Assembly (NCBI RefSeq): GCF_001194135.2
Contig: NC_068988.1
Coordinates: forward strand, 64,916,893 to 64,980,892
Direction: 5' to 3'
DNA: 64,000 nucleotides
Source of the DNA: Octopus bimaculoides
Taxonomy: Eukaryota
Positions 38,646-51,089 of this stretch are shown in pieces. The translations under genes and the position numbers were made by a program. The first letter of the stretch is position 1; each line of letters begins with the position of its first letter. Below the pieces are notes generated by a model. It was not told the DNA's origin and ran no database searches. It saw only the letters and a list, made by a program, of their open reading frames with translations.

Positions 38646-40304
38646 AAAGCGAAATCGTGATGGTACCCGTGCCCAGCATCACCTCCCTGGCACTTGTGCC
38701 GGTAGCACGTGTAAAGACATTCGAATGTATTGTCATGATCCTCCCCAGAGAATTACATTAAGAGTAGACATTTCTGTGGAGTACTCAGCCACTAACATGT
38801 TAATTTAGTGAGAAAGTAATTCAGTTGATTGAACAACTGAACACTCAGAGTTGCGGCCAACAGATTTTATAAATTTGTTGTTCCAATTATTGCCAAATCA
38901 ATCCAAATGAAGCAGACTTATGACCAAAGCGTTCCAGTTATGACCATCCTAGGGAATCTATAAACACATTGTCCAATGTGTCCATTTGTGAGATAGTTTT
39001 CAGGAAAATTTGAGGAAGATTTAGCTGCTATTTCTAACAGATCGATTTGAGGAAGATTTAGCTACTATTTCTATCATATGAAACGACTATATGGAATCTC
39101 CATCGTAAACTCATTCAAAAATTAATTAAAATACTTAAGCAGTGTTTTTTGCTAGAAATGTGGTAATGTAAGGGTGATAATGCTTGCAGGTTGATTTAAG
39201 GGAGATATGACTGATTTTTAGCAGGTCGAATGACCATATAGAGGCTCTTTTGTAGGCTCATTCAAAAATTAACATATATATATAAGCAATGTATTTCATT
39301 TGGAATATGATGATGAAAGGGTTAAGACAGTAAGATGCAATTTGAGGGAGATTTGGCTGCTATTTCTAGCAGATCACTCAACCAGGTAAACGATTTCTCC
39401 TTCACAGCAGAGTGGTGGTGATGTAATTGAGCATATGCAGGGAGTGGGGGTGGGGGGGTCGATAGTGCAGATGTCTTTGTCATTAGAATACACAGATAAT
39501 TAGCTAGTGTTGCTAGGTTACGTCATCACAATGTTGCGATGATGACGACAACAGCAGTGTCAGAGGATGGATGGATGGATGGTGGGCGTGGGCGTGGGCT
39601 GGGACTTGGTGAGGGCTTACTCTTTTTTTGTTGTGCTGATCAATATCTGTGACAGAAATGATGCTTGATTATGACAACGATATTCTTGTTCATGTCATTG
39701 TTTAGTCCTGACTCAGTTCTAATTGAAAAGACCTCAGAGCCAAGATAATCTGCATCGTGATCGATCGTTATTTTTTAGGGCATAACATATTACGCACTAC
39801 ATTATCTAATGGATCCCTCTCTCTCTCTTTTTTTTACCCCCTCCAAGAATATTAGGCTGTAGTTTGAAGGCAATTTGGTTGCTATTTCTAAGAGGTTGAT
39901 CAACAACCTAGAATAATCATGAGTAAACTGTGGGCCACAGGACATTCTAAACGGCACACCTAATCAAAAAAATTACCTTGAATTTTTTTACAGTAGTGCG
40001 ACGTATCTGATAATGAGCCATGTCTCATGTGGCCCACTTCTTGGAAAAGGTTGCTTATGCCTGGCATAGAGGTTCTCTATTATTTGTTGTTCGTTGCTGT
40101 TGTTGTTGTTATTGCATAGCTCTAAGTCAACTCATATTGAGCAGGCCTATGACTAAAGGTGTTCCAACCATGACAATCTATCTTTCTTTAAGATGTAGTG
40201 TAAAACATCATCATTATCGTCATTTAGTATCTGTTTTCTATGCTGGCAAAGGTTGGATGGTTTAACAGGAACTGGCAAAGCCCGGAGCCATGCAAGGCTC
40301 TACA

Positions 40305-40341
<37 letters not shown>

Positions 40342-40345
<4 letters not shown>

Positions 40346-40490
40346 GAGAATATACAAATAATAACAACAGACGAGGACAGGTGGTGTAAATAACAAAAGT
40401 ATATATTAGTATGACGCTCGGGAATACGGAAAGTCTTTGACGTTTCGAGCTACGCTCTTCAACAGAAAGAATACGGAGACAAGGAGAAAA
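40342..40490 (-). mobile_element. Short Penelope-like terminal fragment inserted in (TA)n
   Basis: About 150 nt between two (TA)n runs; carries the GAAGAG..CTCGAAACGTC motif typical of Penelope-like element ends. Confidence 0.55.
40434..40470 (-). ncRNA. Minimal hammerhead-like motif inside a Penelope-like terminal fragment
   Basis: Minus strand: TCTTT, CTGTTGA, A, GAGC-gta-GCTC, GAAACGTC, AAAGA. A6 is replaced by U; stem III is the ACGT palindrome. Confidence 0.55.
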
Positions 40491-40712
40491 ATATATATAT
40501 ATATATATATATATATGGATGGATGGATGCAGGTGTAGCTGTGTGGTAAGAAGTTTGCTTCCCAACTGCATGGTTCCGGGTTCAGTTCCTCTGCATGGCA
40601 CCTTGGGTAAGTGTCTTCTACTATAATAGCCTCAGACCAACCAAAGCTTTGTGAACGGATTTAGTCAATGGAAACTAAAAGAAGCCCATTCTGTTTGTGT
40701 GTGTACATATAT

Positions 40713-41042
40713 ATCATCATCATCGTTTAACGTCCGCTTTCCATGCTAGCATGGGTTGGACGATTTGACTGAGGACTGGTGAAACCGGATGGCAACACCA
40801 GGCTCCAGTCTGATTTGGCAGAGTTTCTACAGCTGGATGCCCTTCCTAACGCCAACCACTCAGAGAGTGTAGTGGGTGCTTTTACGTGTCACCCGCACAA
40901 AAACGGCCACGCTCGAAATGGTGTCTTTTATGTGCCACCCGCACAAGTCAGTCCAGGGGCACTGGCAACGATCTCGCTCGAAAATCCTACAGGAGCCAGT
41001 CAGGCGGTACTGGCAACGGCCACGTTCAAAATGGTGCATCTC
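40713..41042 (-). mobile_element. (GAT)n-tailed retroposon 3' end, young copy (RTE-type by inference)
   Basis: Minus strand ...ggcgttaggaagggcatccagctgtag...ccaacccatgctagcatggaaagcggacgttaaacgatgatgatg. + copies at about 9078, 13900, 42816, 54535 and 60912. Confidence 0.75.
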
Positions 41043-42634
41043 NNNNNNNNNNNNNNNNNNNNNNNNNNNNNNNNNNNNNNNNNNNNNNNNNNNNNNNNNN
41101 NNNNNNNNNNNNNNNNNNNNNNNNNNNNNNNNNNNNNNNNNNNNNNNNNNNNNNNNNNNNNNNNNNNNNNNNNNNNNNNNNNNNNNNNNNNNNNNNNNNN
41201 NNNNNNNNNNNNNNNNNNNNNNNNNNNNNNNNNNNNNNNNNNNNNNNNNNNNNNNNNNNNNNNNNNNNNNNNNNNNNNNNNNNNNNNNNNNNNNNNNNNN
41301 NNNNNNNNNNNNNNNNNNNNNNNNNNNNNNNNNNNNNNNNNNNNNNNNNNNNNNNNNNNNNNNNNNNNNNNNNNNNNNNNNNNNNNNNNNNNNNNNNNNN
41401 NNNNNNNNNNNNNNNNNNNNNNNNNNNNNNNNNNNNNNNNNNNNNNNNNNNNNNNNNNNNNNNNNNNNNNNNNNNNNNNNNNNNNNNNNNNNNNNNNNNN
41501 NNNNNNNNNNNNNNNNNNNNNNNNNNNNNNNNNNNNNNNNNNNNNNNNNNNNNNNNNNNNNNNNNNNNNNNNNNNNNNNNNNNNNNNNNNNNNNNNNNNN
41601 NNNNNNNNNNNNNNNNNNNNNNNNNNNNNGTAAGAGCTCTCTAAACTTTGCCCAGGCTATTCTTATTCTAGCAGCTACACTTTCAGCGCACCCACCCCCA
41701 CTACTAACTTGGTCGCCCAGATAGCGGAAGCTATCGACTACCTCTAGTTTTTCACCCTATTCTACTGGATTTTTAAAAACTTTTCTACATTTTAAATCTG
41801 AAACAGCTGTAAGCTAATGGAGTTGACTGCATATGTCCTGTTCCCTTGTCATTCAATAATCAATATACATATCAAATATAACCCTACAATAAAAAGATAT
41901 TACACATCATTATATGTGTGTGTTTATGTGTGTGTGAACCTATATTTGTCTCCCACCACCACTGGACAACAATGTTCATGTGTTTACATCCACCATAACT
42001 GAGCAGTTCAGCAAAAGCCACTGATAGAATAAGTAGCTGACTTTAAAAGTTACTGGGGTTGATTTCTTTGAGTGAAACCCTTCAAGGCGGTGCTCTAGCA
42101 TGGCCACAGTCCAATGACTGAAGTGGGTAAAAGGTATTTAGTACATCCGTTTCATATCGACCACTAATTCTCTTTTGCTTTTGTTGATCCCTAAAAAAAT
42201 ATGAATGTATTGAAAATAATAGGTTTCAGATATGATAGGTTAATAATAGATATTAATTTCACTTTGTGCTCCCTAAGTAGCACACAACTTCTGGTGAGTG
42301 TTTAAATTATAGCTAACCCCTATCTTTAATTACTACTCACCATGTAACTCCTATTATATTAAATACTGTGAACTTCTAATCATCATCATCGTCATTGTTA
42401 TTATTAAGAGCATTAAAGGTAGCGAGCTGACAGAATCGTTAGCACACCGGGGGAAAATGTTTAGTTGTATCTTCATCTTTACAGTCTGAGTTCAAATTCT
42501 GCTGAGGTCGACTTTGCCTTTCATCCTTTTGGGTCAATAAAATAAATACCAATTGATCACTGGGATCGATACAATTGACTTTTCCCTCTCCCTGAAATTG
42601 CAGGATTTGTGCCAAAATTTGAAACTATTATTAA

Positions 42635-43590
42635 CCCTTTTGTTACCATATTTCTCTCCACATCCACTGGTTTTGTTTCAATTAAGTTTAAAAATAATGA
42701 AGCGTTTAGTAAAATAATTTTGTTATTATTAAGCTGGTGCCTGGAGCATAAATTAATATGAAATTTTAATGCAAGGTTTTGATTTTTAGATGACATTTAA
42801 CCCTTTAGCATTCAGAGCACCCATGCCAGTGGCATGTAAAAAGCACCTTTGAAGTGTTGAGTCTCGCAGAGGACAAAGATCTTCGGCAATATGCCATCAA
42901 GCCAAGCAAAATCGAAGCTGTGGCTGATGCTGGGTCACATTACTGGTACCTATGCCAGTGGCACATAAAAAGCACCTTTTGAGCATTGTGCCTCATGGAG
43001 CTCCTTTCGAGTGTTGAGCCTCACAGAGGCAATGATGAATGACTGAGACCTTTGCTATTATGTCGTGCTTGAGAAGAAGACGCATCAAGCCAAGTAAAAT
43101 CGCAGTCATGGCAGATACTGGTGTCACGCAAATGGCACCTGTGCCGGTGGCACACAAAAGCACCCATTACATTCTAGGAGTGGTTGGCATTAGGAAAGGC
43201 ATCCAGCTATAAAAACCATACCAGATCAGACTGGAGTCTGGTGCAGCCCTTCAGCTTGCCAGCCCTGGTCAATCTGTCCAACCCATGCCAGCATGGACAA
43301 TAGACGTAAAATGATGATGAGTACTCTGTCAAATGTAATGCTTATTTATTCTTATTGTTTTAAATTAATAATGCACCATTTTATAACTTCAAGGTTTCAA
43401 TGATATGATTGTTCATTTTTAGAATGACATTGTAGAGTAGGTGTGAGATACCAGATCTGGTCAGTTTGAACATAAAACAAGTAGAATATTTCGGCTGGAC
43501 ATGGCTGGTTTGAATACTTAAGGGCTAAATAGGAAGAGTGTATCATAGATCCAAATGTGTTCCCAGGTAGGAGGGTATCAAAAGGCATCA
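42635..43590. mobile_element. Nested insertion: MITE family 2 containing MITE family 1 containing a (GAT)n-tailed retroposon
   Basis: Family 2 runs 42635-42796 and resumes at about 43529-43587; family 1 spans 42801-43524; the retroposon spans about 42816-43320. Confidence 0.7.
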
Positions 43591-44097
43591 GATTGACAGA
43601 ATCGTTGGTGGCAGAAAAAAAAAATGCTTTATCGCATCTGTTCCAACTCTCAACGTTTTGAATTCAAATTGCACTGGGTTCAATTTTGCCTTTCATCCTA
43701 TCGAGATTGATAAAAATAAAATACCAGTCATGTACTGAGGTTGATAATATCAACTAACCCCCCTCTCCTCGAAAATGATGGTGTTGTACCTAGACAGGAT
43801 GGCCAAGGCATAAGATGCCCAATGAATCAAAACTGACCTGAGCGTACTGAACAATATCAACAACGACCAGTGAATCATCAACACAAGATACAGTATGGAT
43901 CCATAGTCTATTAGACTTTGGGATCGATATTGTCAAATCCATAGTCTATTACACTAAACAAATATAGTTGCAAACAAATTGCTCTTCAGAAATAACAATG
44001 TTGAATAATTAACAAAAAGAAAGGGGAAAAAAAACATCATTTTCTTTAATATCTCGGCTTAATATGTCTATCATCTATCAATATGGTTTACTTCCAG

Positions 44098-44160
44098 CCC
44101 AAGCAGTTGCTAATGGAGATCCACTTCAAGCCTACGCAGTACAGCCTTATGCAGGAATCG
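44098..44160 (+). CDS. CELF4: CELF linker exon (63 nt)
   Basis: ttacttccag|CC CAA...ATC G|gtcagt, phase 1-1. (A)QAVANGDPLQAYAVQPYAGI resembles CELF4 [22 protein letters not shown]. Confidence 0.88.
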
Positions 44161-44290
44161 GTCAGTATACACAGTTAATCTTCTGTACATTGATTTCTTA
44201 TGTTTTATCAAGCATTGCTTCTTCTTTCTCTGTGATAGATAACATTATTTTTTCTTGATTTGTTCTTTTCTTCCTTATAAATTATATTAT

Positions 44291-44690
44291 AGGCATGGGC
44301 GTGGCTGTGTAGTAAGATGTTTGCTGCCCAACCACATGGTTCCGGGTTCGTTCCCACTGTGTGGTACCTTGAGCAAAGCGTCTTCTACTATAGCCTCAGG
44401 CCAACCAAAGCCTTGTGAATGGATTTGGTAGACAGGAGCTGGAAGAAGCCTGTTATATATGTGTGTGTGTGTTTGTGTCTTTGTATTGATGTCTGTCTCC
44501 CACAACCACCTGACAACCAGTATTGATGTATTTACATCCCTGTAACTAAGCAGTTCAGCAAATGAGACTATAGAATAAATGCCAGGCTTTAAAAAATATA
44601 TACAGGGGTTGATTTATTTGGTTAAAAATGCTTCAAGGCAGTGCCCCAGCATGGCCATAGTCTGACTGAAACAAGTAATAGATAAAAGAT
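44291..44690 (+). mobile_element. SINE family A, full-length
   Basis: Same head and tail as the 34751 copy, in opposite orientation. Confidence 0.85.
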
Positions 44691-45579
44691 ATTCTCAACA
44701 CAGTATCATATGATTTTCTACTGTGCCACCAGGTGTACCTCCTTGTTCCTGTATTGTGTGCAACAATGTCTTTTAGGAGTCTAGAGTTGTGCTTGTATAC
44801 AGCATCCACTTAGCTTGCTTGGTTGTTAGGTTTTTGTTATGATATTTGGGGATTTTCCTTTTTTAGTGTTTCAAACTGTTTGTTGTGTACAATAAAGAAT
44901 GAAGGCAATGTGGGTTTAGTGTTTCCATTGGCTGGTCTGTGTTATGTATTTTAATGTTGGGTGGTTAGTGTGAGTTGTGTGGTTTGTGTTCTGTGATATG
45001 TAGAAATAGTAGTTGGAGGGCATATGCTGTAAGCAGCAAATCACTGCATCCACCACTTGTTGGTGATTCCTTGCTACTCCTGGTGGACGACACCTTTGCA
45101 TCACTCAGGTGAAAAACTCTCCAACCCAGGGGTCTGTTTGGGTAGTCGTTGCTGGTGAGGGTTTTACGAGGCTGGAGTGCAAGTCCTACCACGACCACTT
45201 TTATTTACCTTTTACAACACACAAAGGAAATGCTGGGTCTATTCTTCAGCATGTCAGGCCCCACACAACACTAGAACAACATGAAATAAAATGTTTTGCT
45301 CAAAACCACAACACACTGCCCGGTCTGGGAATCAAACACACAATCTGGCAATCATGAGCACAAAACTCTAACCACTAGGCTAGATAATGATTGTGTTGTG
45401 TGGGCGGCTGTGGATTGGCAGAAGTATTAGAGTATTGGACAAAATGCCTTGGAGTATTTGACTCTTTACATTCTGAGTTCAAATTCTGCCAAGATTAACT
45501 TTACTTTTTGTCCCAAGGCTGATAAAATAAAGTACCAGTATATGTGTGCATATATATATATATATATATNNNNNNNNNN

Positions 45580-45617
<38 letters not shown>

Positions 45618-46237
45618 TTTATAGATGGGTATATGTATATGCAATTGTACATATGTATATATGTATAGGTGGGTATATATATGTAACCTATGTAGTAATA
45701 TATAAACAGGGCAAATTTAACTATTTTTCCAGAGATTGAAAAAAATTAACTGCCTCAATTGATTTTCAGACCTTAATGTATTCTCATTGGACGAGTCTAC
45801 ATCACACTGACCAATCCCAGAGAAATAAGCAGCCACTTGGTTTATATACACAACAAATCCAGTAGCTTCAGAGAAATGGAGCTACGAGATAGCGTACTAT
45901 AAGTATTTGATGCATATATGTGTATAGACATACATATATATATATATATAAATGTTAATATCAAACATTTTGAATGAGTGTTCAGCACTACATCAGTGGA
46001 TAAATACTCTTTATTTGTGTGTTAACAAAGTTACCAATGGTTTCATGTGAAGAGATCTTCACAGTTGATCAAGTATCCCACATGGAAGTGTTAATAGTCG
46101 TCTCCATTCTGGAGATAAGAATCAACATTGGCATGTGACACACTTGAACATTTGTGAATATCCTTTTGCATGAAACCATTGATGGTCTTGTTAACCCACA
46201 AATAACAAAAAGTATATATATATATATATATATATAT

Positions 46238-47053
46238 NNNNNNNNNNNNNNNNNNNNNNNNNNNNNNNNNNNNNNNNNNNNNNNNNNNNNNNNNNNNNNN
46301 NNNNNNNNNNNNNNNNNNNNNNNNNNNNNNNNNNNNNNNNNNNNNNNNNNNNNNNNNNNNNNNNNNNNNNNNNNNNNNNNNNNNNNNNNNNNNNNNNNNN
46401 NNNNNNNNNNNNNNNNNNNNNNNNNNNNNNNNNNNNNNNNNNNNNNNNNNNNNNNNNNNNNNNNNNNNNNNNNNNNNNNNNNNNNNNNNNNNNNNNNNNN
46501 NNNNNNNNNNNNNNNNNNNNNNNNNNNNNNNNNNNNNNNNNNNNNNNNNNNNNNNNNNNNNNNNNNNNNNNNNNNNNNNNNNNNNNNNNNNNNNNNNNNN
46601 NNNNNNNNNNNNNNNNNNNNNNNNNNNNNNNNNNNNNNNNNNNNNNNNNNNNNNNNNNNNNNNNNNNNNNNNNNNNNNNNNNNNNNNNNNNNNNNNNNNN
46701 NNNNNNNNNNNNNNNNNNNNNNNNNNNNNNNNNNNNNNNNNNNNNNNNNNNNNNNNNNNNNNNNNNNNNNNNNNNNNNNNNNNNNNNNNNNNNNNNNNNN
46801 NNNNNNNNNNNNNNNNNNNNNNNNNNNNNNNNNNNNNNNNNNNNNNNNNNNNNNNNNNNNNNNNNNNNNNNNNNNNNNNNNNNNNNNNNNNNNNNNNNNN
46901 NNNNNNNNNNNNNNNNNNNNNNNNNNNNNNNNNNNNNNNNNNNNNNNNNNNNNNNNNNNNNNNNNNNNNNNNNNNNNNNNNNNNNNNNNNNNNNNNNNNN
47001 NNNNNNNNNNNNNNNNNNNNNNNNNNNNNNNNNNNNNNNNNNNNNNNNNNNNN
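46238..47053. other. Assembly gap (816 N); candidate location of the missing CELF linker exon
   Basis: N run. Other large gaps: 14297-14909, 18483-19273, 36293-36510, 41043-41629. Confidence 0.9.
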
Positions 47054-47688
47054 TTGCTTCACACTTATCTTATGCTTTAAGATGTCGACATTGTGGCTGT
47101 TGGTCAACCAATAGATTAGCCTTAATCCAGCAGGCTTATAATCAAAACTGTTTCAAAATGGGACCATTCCTTTTTTTTTTTTTTTTGTGTGTTTATTGAG
47201 ATAGATTGTATCTAGGATTGTAATAATAATAATAATAATGATAGTGGTGACAATGTTGCAGTTTTGCTTTTCTCAGCTTTGATCCAAAGGTGTTCCAGCC
47301 ATGACCATCCCATCTTTTATTCAAACATAAAGTACATAGAGACTACTATATAATATTAATGACAGCAGTGATAATCTTGTAGTTTAACCCCAGGTCAGCC
47401 ATTATCCAGCAGATTTATAATCAAAGGTATTTAAGCCATGATTATTTGATCTATTTTCCTTTAGACATAATGCATCTAGGATTGCATTATTTCATACTCT
47501 TCCATTTTGAAGTTTGTATACCATGATTTGAAGGAAATTTGACTACCATATTTAACTGATAATAACCATGCTGTGGCTCTCTGGTTTGGTTCATATATCA
47601 ACTGTGTATTTTGAACATATCTCTGAGATGGTTTGTTATTGACCGTTCATTTGATATGTTGACTGACAGCTGTTTTATTGTCTTCAGT

Positions 47689-48078
47689 GTGGAAGCACAA
47701 TGGCCCAGTGGTTAGGGCAGCAGACTCGCGGTCATAGGATCGCAGTTTCGATTCCCAGACCGGGTGTTGTGAGTGTTTATTGAGTGAAAACACTTAAAGC
47801 TCCACGAGGCTCCGGCAGGGGTTGGTGGCGAACCCTGCTGTACTCTTCTACCACAACTTTCTCTCACTCTTACTTCCTGTTTCTGTTGTACCTGTAATTC
47901 AAAGGGCCAGCCTTGTCACACTGTGTCACGCTGAATATCCCCAAGAACTACGTTAAGGGTACACGTGTCTGTGGAGTGCTCAGCCACTTGCACGTTAATT
48001 TCACGAGCAGGCTGTTCCGTTGATCGGATCAACTGGAACCCTCGACGTCGTAAGCGACGGAGTGCCAACAACAACATC
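47689..48078 (+). mobile_element. Full-length tRNA-derived SINE with 13-bp target-site duplication
   Basis: A box TGGCCCAGTGG, B box GTTTCGATTCC, (CAA)n tail; TSD tattgtcttcagt at 47676-88 and 48079-91. Confidence 0.9.
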
Positions 48079-50211
48079 TATTGTCTTCAGTAAGTTGACC
48101 AATAGTAGCTGTTTCACTGAACTTGGACACAATGCACCACTTGGGATCGAACTCATGGCCTTACGATAGGGAGCCAAATACCTTAAGCCCTAAGCCTTCA
48201 CAGTCAATTGAGGTTGAGGGAAGCCCAAAGAGATACACCTTTGCCTCTCCACTTGTGTTCTTACATGTTTTCAAACCGTTCCAAAGTCCTCTTTGTCCTG
48301 AACTTTGGATTAGGTTTTGAATATTGTATGAAGCAGCAGCAGCAGTTTCTTCCTTGGCCCATCACATCCTGGATATTCAGCCAGGTGAAGGGTAGGAGGG
48401 CTGAGAGGTGGGGGGTACGTGTGTCTGCTCACAACTGCATGGGCACCTGAAACAGTTAACAAAAGCATGGTGTGTCCTACTGAGTCTTTCTCTCATTCAT
48501 ATAATAGCAGCAGTAGGAGGAGTATTGATAGGAGCATTGACCTTGCTTACCTGTTTATCCTCAGTAAGTGGGTTACAGACTAGCAAGAGGGCTTGTGTTA
48601 CTTCATTTGCTAGAAATAACAGCCAGATCACTCGCACCACCCATCTTAGAAAATATGTTGTATAAAGGTGGTCCTTGACTCCCTCTTCACAGGGAAAAGA
48701 CAGAATGGTCACAGTTGGAACATTCTTGGTTATAAGTCTATTCGATCAGGGTTGACCAGAACAACGAAAACAGCAACAAGTGGGTCATTTGAAGAATTTT
48801 GTTTTTATTTTTGAAATATTTCAATTTCTTTTTTGCTGCTTTTGTGCCTTTCTCAGATTATGAGATTGCATAAATATAGATTGGGTGGGGGGTAGAATTA
48901 GGCATCAACCCCCACCACTAACACCAACACCATTTCAGAGTCTACAATGATTGATATGCTATGCATAAGTGTGAACCTGACTTGGGTCTTTGACTGTGCT
49001 ATCCATGAGATAAGTAGAGCAGTTCTCAAATTGTCAAAGGTCAGTTCCTGCGCATGCCCATCAAATGATTGGTGGAATTTTTTTCATGAGAAGACAAAAT
49101 GAAGTTTGACAAATCACCCATGTGCATGGTGAACAGCAAGAATTGAAGCAATGACCTGCATATTCATTCTTAATATGTTCCAGTAGATTTGAACCTGAAT
49201 ATGTTTAAACACTTGTGTTTTATCATTCAGATGAATGTGTGTTCATAACACTCGATTCATTTGCATAAGGAATCTTTGAGACATCCAGTGTTTCAACATT
49301 GCTGTTTTTCATCAGCCAAAGGCAACTCAGACTCCTGGATCCAACAAGAGATTATGGTTCTTGTTTAAATTCAGTAAACAATTTTTTTACTGATGTGTGC
49401 TAATATTTACCAACCAATAATAAATCATCAAACACACAGTGAAAAGCAAGATGACTTACATGTTTATATTTAATACACTCCAACAGATTCTGTTGCATTT
49501 TGCCAATGGAGAACTTCTTTCAGATGAATCTTTGGGACATCCAGTATTTCAACATCATTGTATTTTATCAGTCATAGCTACCCTGGTCTAATGAATCTAA
49601 CAAGAGATTGTGGCTCTTGTTTATGACTTAGCAAATACTAGCATTCTGTTGATTATGCCAAAGAGGGTTCCAGTTAATCCGATCAATGGAACAGCCTGCT
49701 CATGAAATTAATTTGCAAGTGGCTGAGCTCTCCACAGACTCATGTACCCTTAATGTAGTTCTCAGGGAGATTCTGCATGATGCAGAATGTAACAAGGCTG
49801 GCCTTTTGAAATACAAGTACTAAGCATTTTTGCCAGCTGAGTGCACTGGAGTAACATGAAATAAAGTGTCTTGCTCAGGGACACAACATACTGCTGCGAT
49901 TTGAACTCACAACCTTCAGCAAACAACAAAGTTTTCATCTATATAATTCTTTCTTCACTATGTTTATAAAATAATTATTATTATTTTATAATTATTAAGA
50001 TTATTGTAATTTTATGAAGGATGACAATTTGTCCCCATACTCATCTACCTACCCACTTTCTTTCTTTAATTACCCCCACCATTAACTTCATGAGGGCCTA
50101 GCATATATGTATAACTGTAATATATTTATACTTCTCTACCTATGTATATTTATGTATCTATTTATGCTTATTTACTTATGTATGTCATGTTCATGTATGT
50201 ATGTATGTGTG

Positions 50212-50251
<40 letters not shown>

Positions 50252-50400
50252 CACACACACACATACATACATATATATATGTTTATATGTGTGTGTTCAT
50301 AAATATATTTATGTATATAATGTTCACCTCCATTTAAGTATATATAATGATGTATATATGTATTTATATACAGCCATGCCTATGTTTCTGCTATCTCCAG

Positions 50401-50544
50401 GGCCGGAAGGTTGCAATCTTTTTATATATCACTTGCCCCAAGAATTTGGCGATGCTGAACTAGCCCAGATGTTCATGCCTTTTGGTAATGTTATTAGTGC
50501 CAAAGTCTATGTCGACCGCGCCACCAATCAAAGTAAATGCTTTG
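50401..50544 (+). CDS. CELF4: CELF exon encoding the first half of RRM3
   Basis: tgtttctgctatctccag|GG CCG...TTT G|gtgagt, 144 nt, phase 1-1. (G)[47 protein letters not shown] is near-identical to CELF3-6 RRM3. Confidence 0.98.
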
Positions 50545-51089
50545 GTGAGTAACACTTTTTGTCTTTATTCCATTTCTTTTCTGTATATAACTGTATGTAT
50601 TTATTTATTTGTCATTTGTGTCTATTTTTTTATTTATCTAAATATATATATTTTGGTATATATTTTTAAATTTATTATTAACTTTATTAAATTTGTAAAC
50701 CAAAAAAAGAAAAAAGATAAAAACTTCCAAATTTCATACGAAAGCTTAACATATATATATATGTATATCTATATATATATTTATATTTATATATATATTT
50801 ATGTATATATATATTTATACGTATATATTTATATATATCTATATATATATTTATATTTATATATTTGTCATTTGTGTATTTTTCGGTATAGTCTTTTTGG
50901 TAATTCTTTTTAAAAAACAAATTTAGAAAAATGAAAAGATTTTTTTGAAAAAATACAAAAAAAAAAAAAAATGAGCCCTCTTTCCACTGGTGCTATAATA
51001 GCCGTAATGCCAATTTGTTTTGTCTGAACACAACTAAAACTTCATATTTATAGAGAAGGAAGAAGTGGGGGAAAGTGTATTGCAACTTT

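Noticed and set aside
44700-45200. YTWW-containing minus-strand stretch resembling a LINE endonuclease
   Set aside because: Motif spacing is inconsistent and the sequence is too decayed to assign.
47689-47760. tRNA gene
   Set aside because: A/B boxes belong to a SINE head with body, tail and target-site duplication; no true tRNA identified.
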